DNA of 64,000 nucleotides from Mobula hypostoma (Eukaryota): NCBI RefSeq assembly GCF_963921235.1, contig NC_086108.1, positions 111,850,001 to 111,914,000 of the forward strand. Direction: 5' to 3'. Shown here piece by piece: positions 63,501-64,000 of this stretch. The first letter of the stretch is position 1; each line of letters starts with the position of its first letter. The notes below the pieces were generated by a model, which was not told where the DNA came from, did not search any database, and was given only the letters and a program-made list of their open reading frames with translations. The position numbers were made by a program, and so were the translations under genes.

Positions 63501-63882
63501 ATTGTTGTTTGGGGATAAGATGTTAATAAAGATAGAGGATGGATTGAAGGACAAAAGAGTCGGAAGAAATGGAAAATTTTGTCAAATCGAGAGAGCATAT
63601 GTATTTCAATTCTCATCTCCAACTCAAGGCAATCCCTCTGTCTACACTTGATTATACACAATACTTCTGATTAAAATACCTGCTGGATTCCACACTTGGT
63701 TCATTCACTCCCAAATACTCGGCCCATCTCCTGCACCCAATTAACACCAAACAAACCGGATGATTTGTGCTTTGCGGAGTTGTTTACACAGAGTTTATTC
63801 AGTCTGGGAGACTGGAGTATTTGTATTGTAGGTGGAATGCTCTGATGCCCAGGTCCCCAATGTGTTCTGTAGATCATCTTAC

Positions 63883-64000
63883 CAAGTAGACAAAATATGG
63901 GGCTTTCCAATCATCGTCCCAGAACCTGCCAGTGAGTGATCTCGGCAGACGCTGCATGATGTGTTTGTATGGGATCCGTCTTGCTGCAGTATAACTACAC
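63883..64000 (-). CDS. CTBS-like: CTBS-like gene C, exon 6 (partial, continues beyond window)
   Basis: Translates to CSYTAARRIPYKHIMQRLPRSLTGRFWDDDWKAPYFVYL, then donor gtaaga. Two nucleotide differences from gene A exon 6 over 118 bp. Confidence 0.9.

Larger units (their letters stand above)
54800..64000 (+). repeat. Segmental duplication copy 2
   Basis: Matches copy 1. Both true ends lie outside the window. Confidence 0.95.

Overview
Repeat-dense vertebrate genomic DNA. The CR1/Rex1-Babar/Penelope/L1 mix suggests a cartilaginous fish, probably a batoid (inference only). Among the transposon debris is a cluster of spliced di-N-acetylchitobiase (CTBS, GH18)-like genes. Gene A (- strand) has six phase-compatible GT-AG exons from 26121 down to 9440 (310 codons). 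Its catalytic motif reads MDGIYLNVP instead of the MDGINIDIE recalled for human CTBS, so it looks like a catalytically dead chitobiase-derived protein. Its terminal exon has been deleted near 477-530. Gene C (- strand) is a recent duplicate about 54.5 kb away; only exon 6 (partial) and exon 7 are in the window. A third, more diverged terminal exon (gene B, + strand, 50408-50605) has no upstream exons that I could find. Between A and B is an ~11.7 kb inverted-repeat structure (32823-44520): ~1.5 kb arms around a ~2.7 kb purine tract that switches to a ~6 kb pyrimidine tract. The long Pro/Ser/Leu and Gly/Glu/Arg ORFs there are low-complexity artefacts. Comparisons with human CTBS are from memory and need a real alignment.
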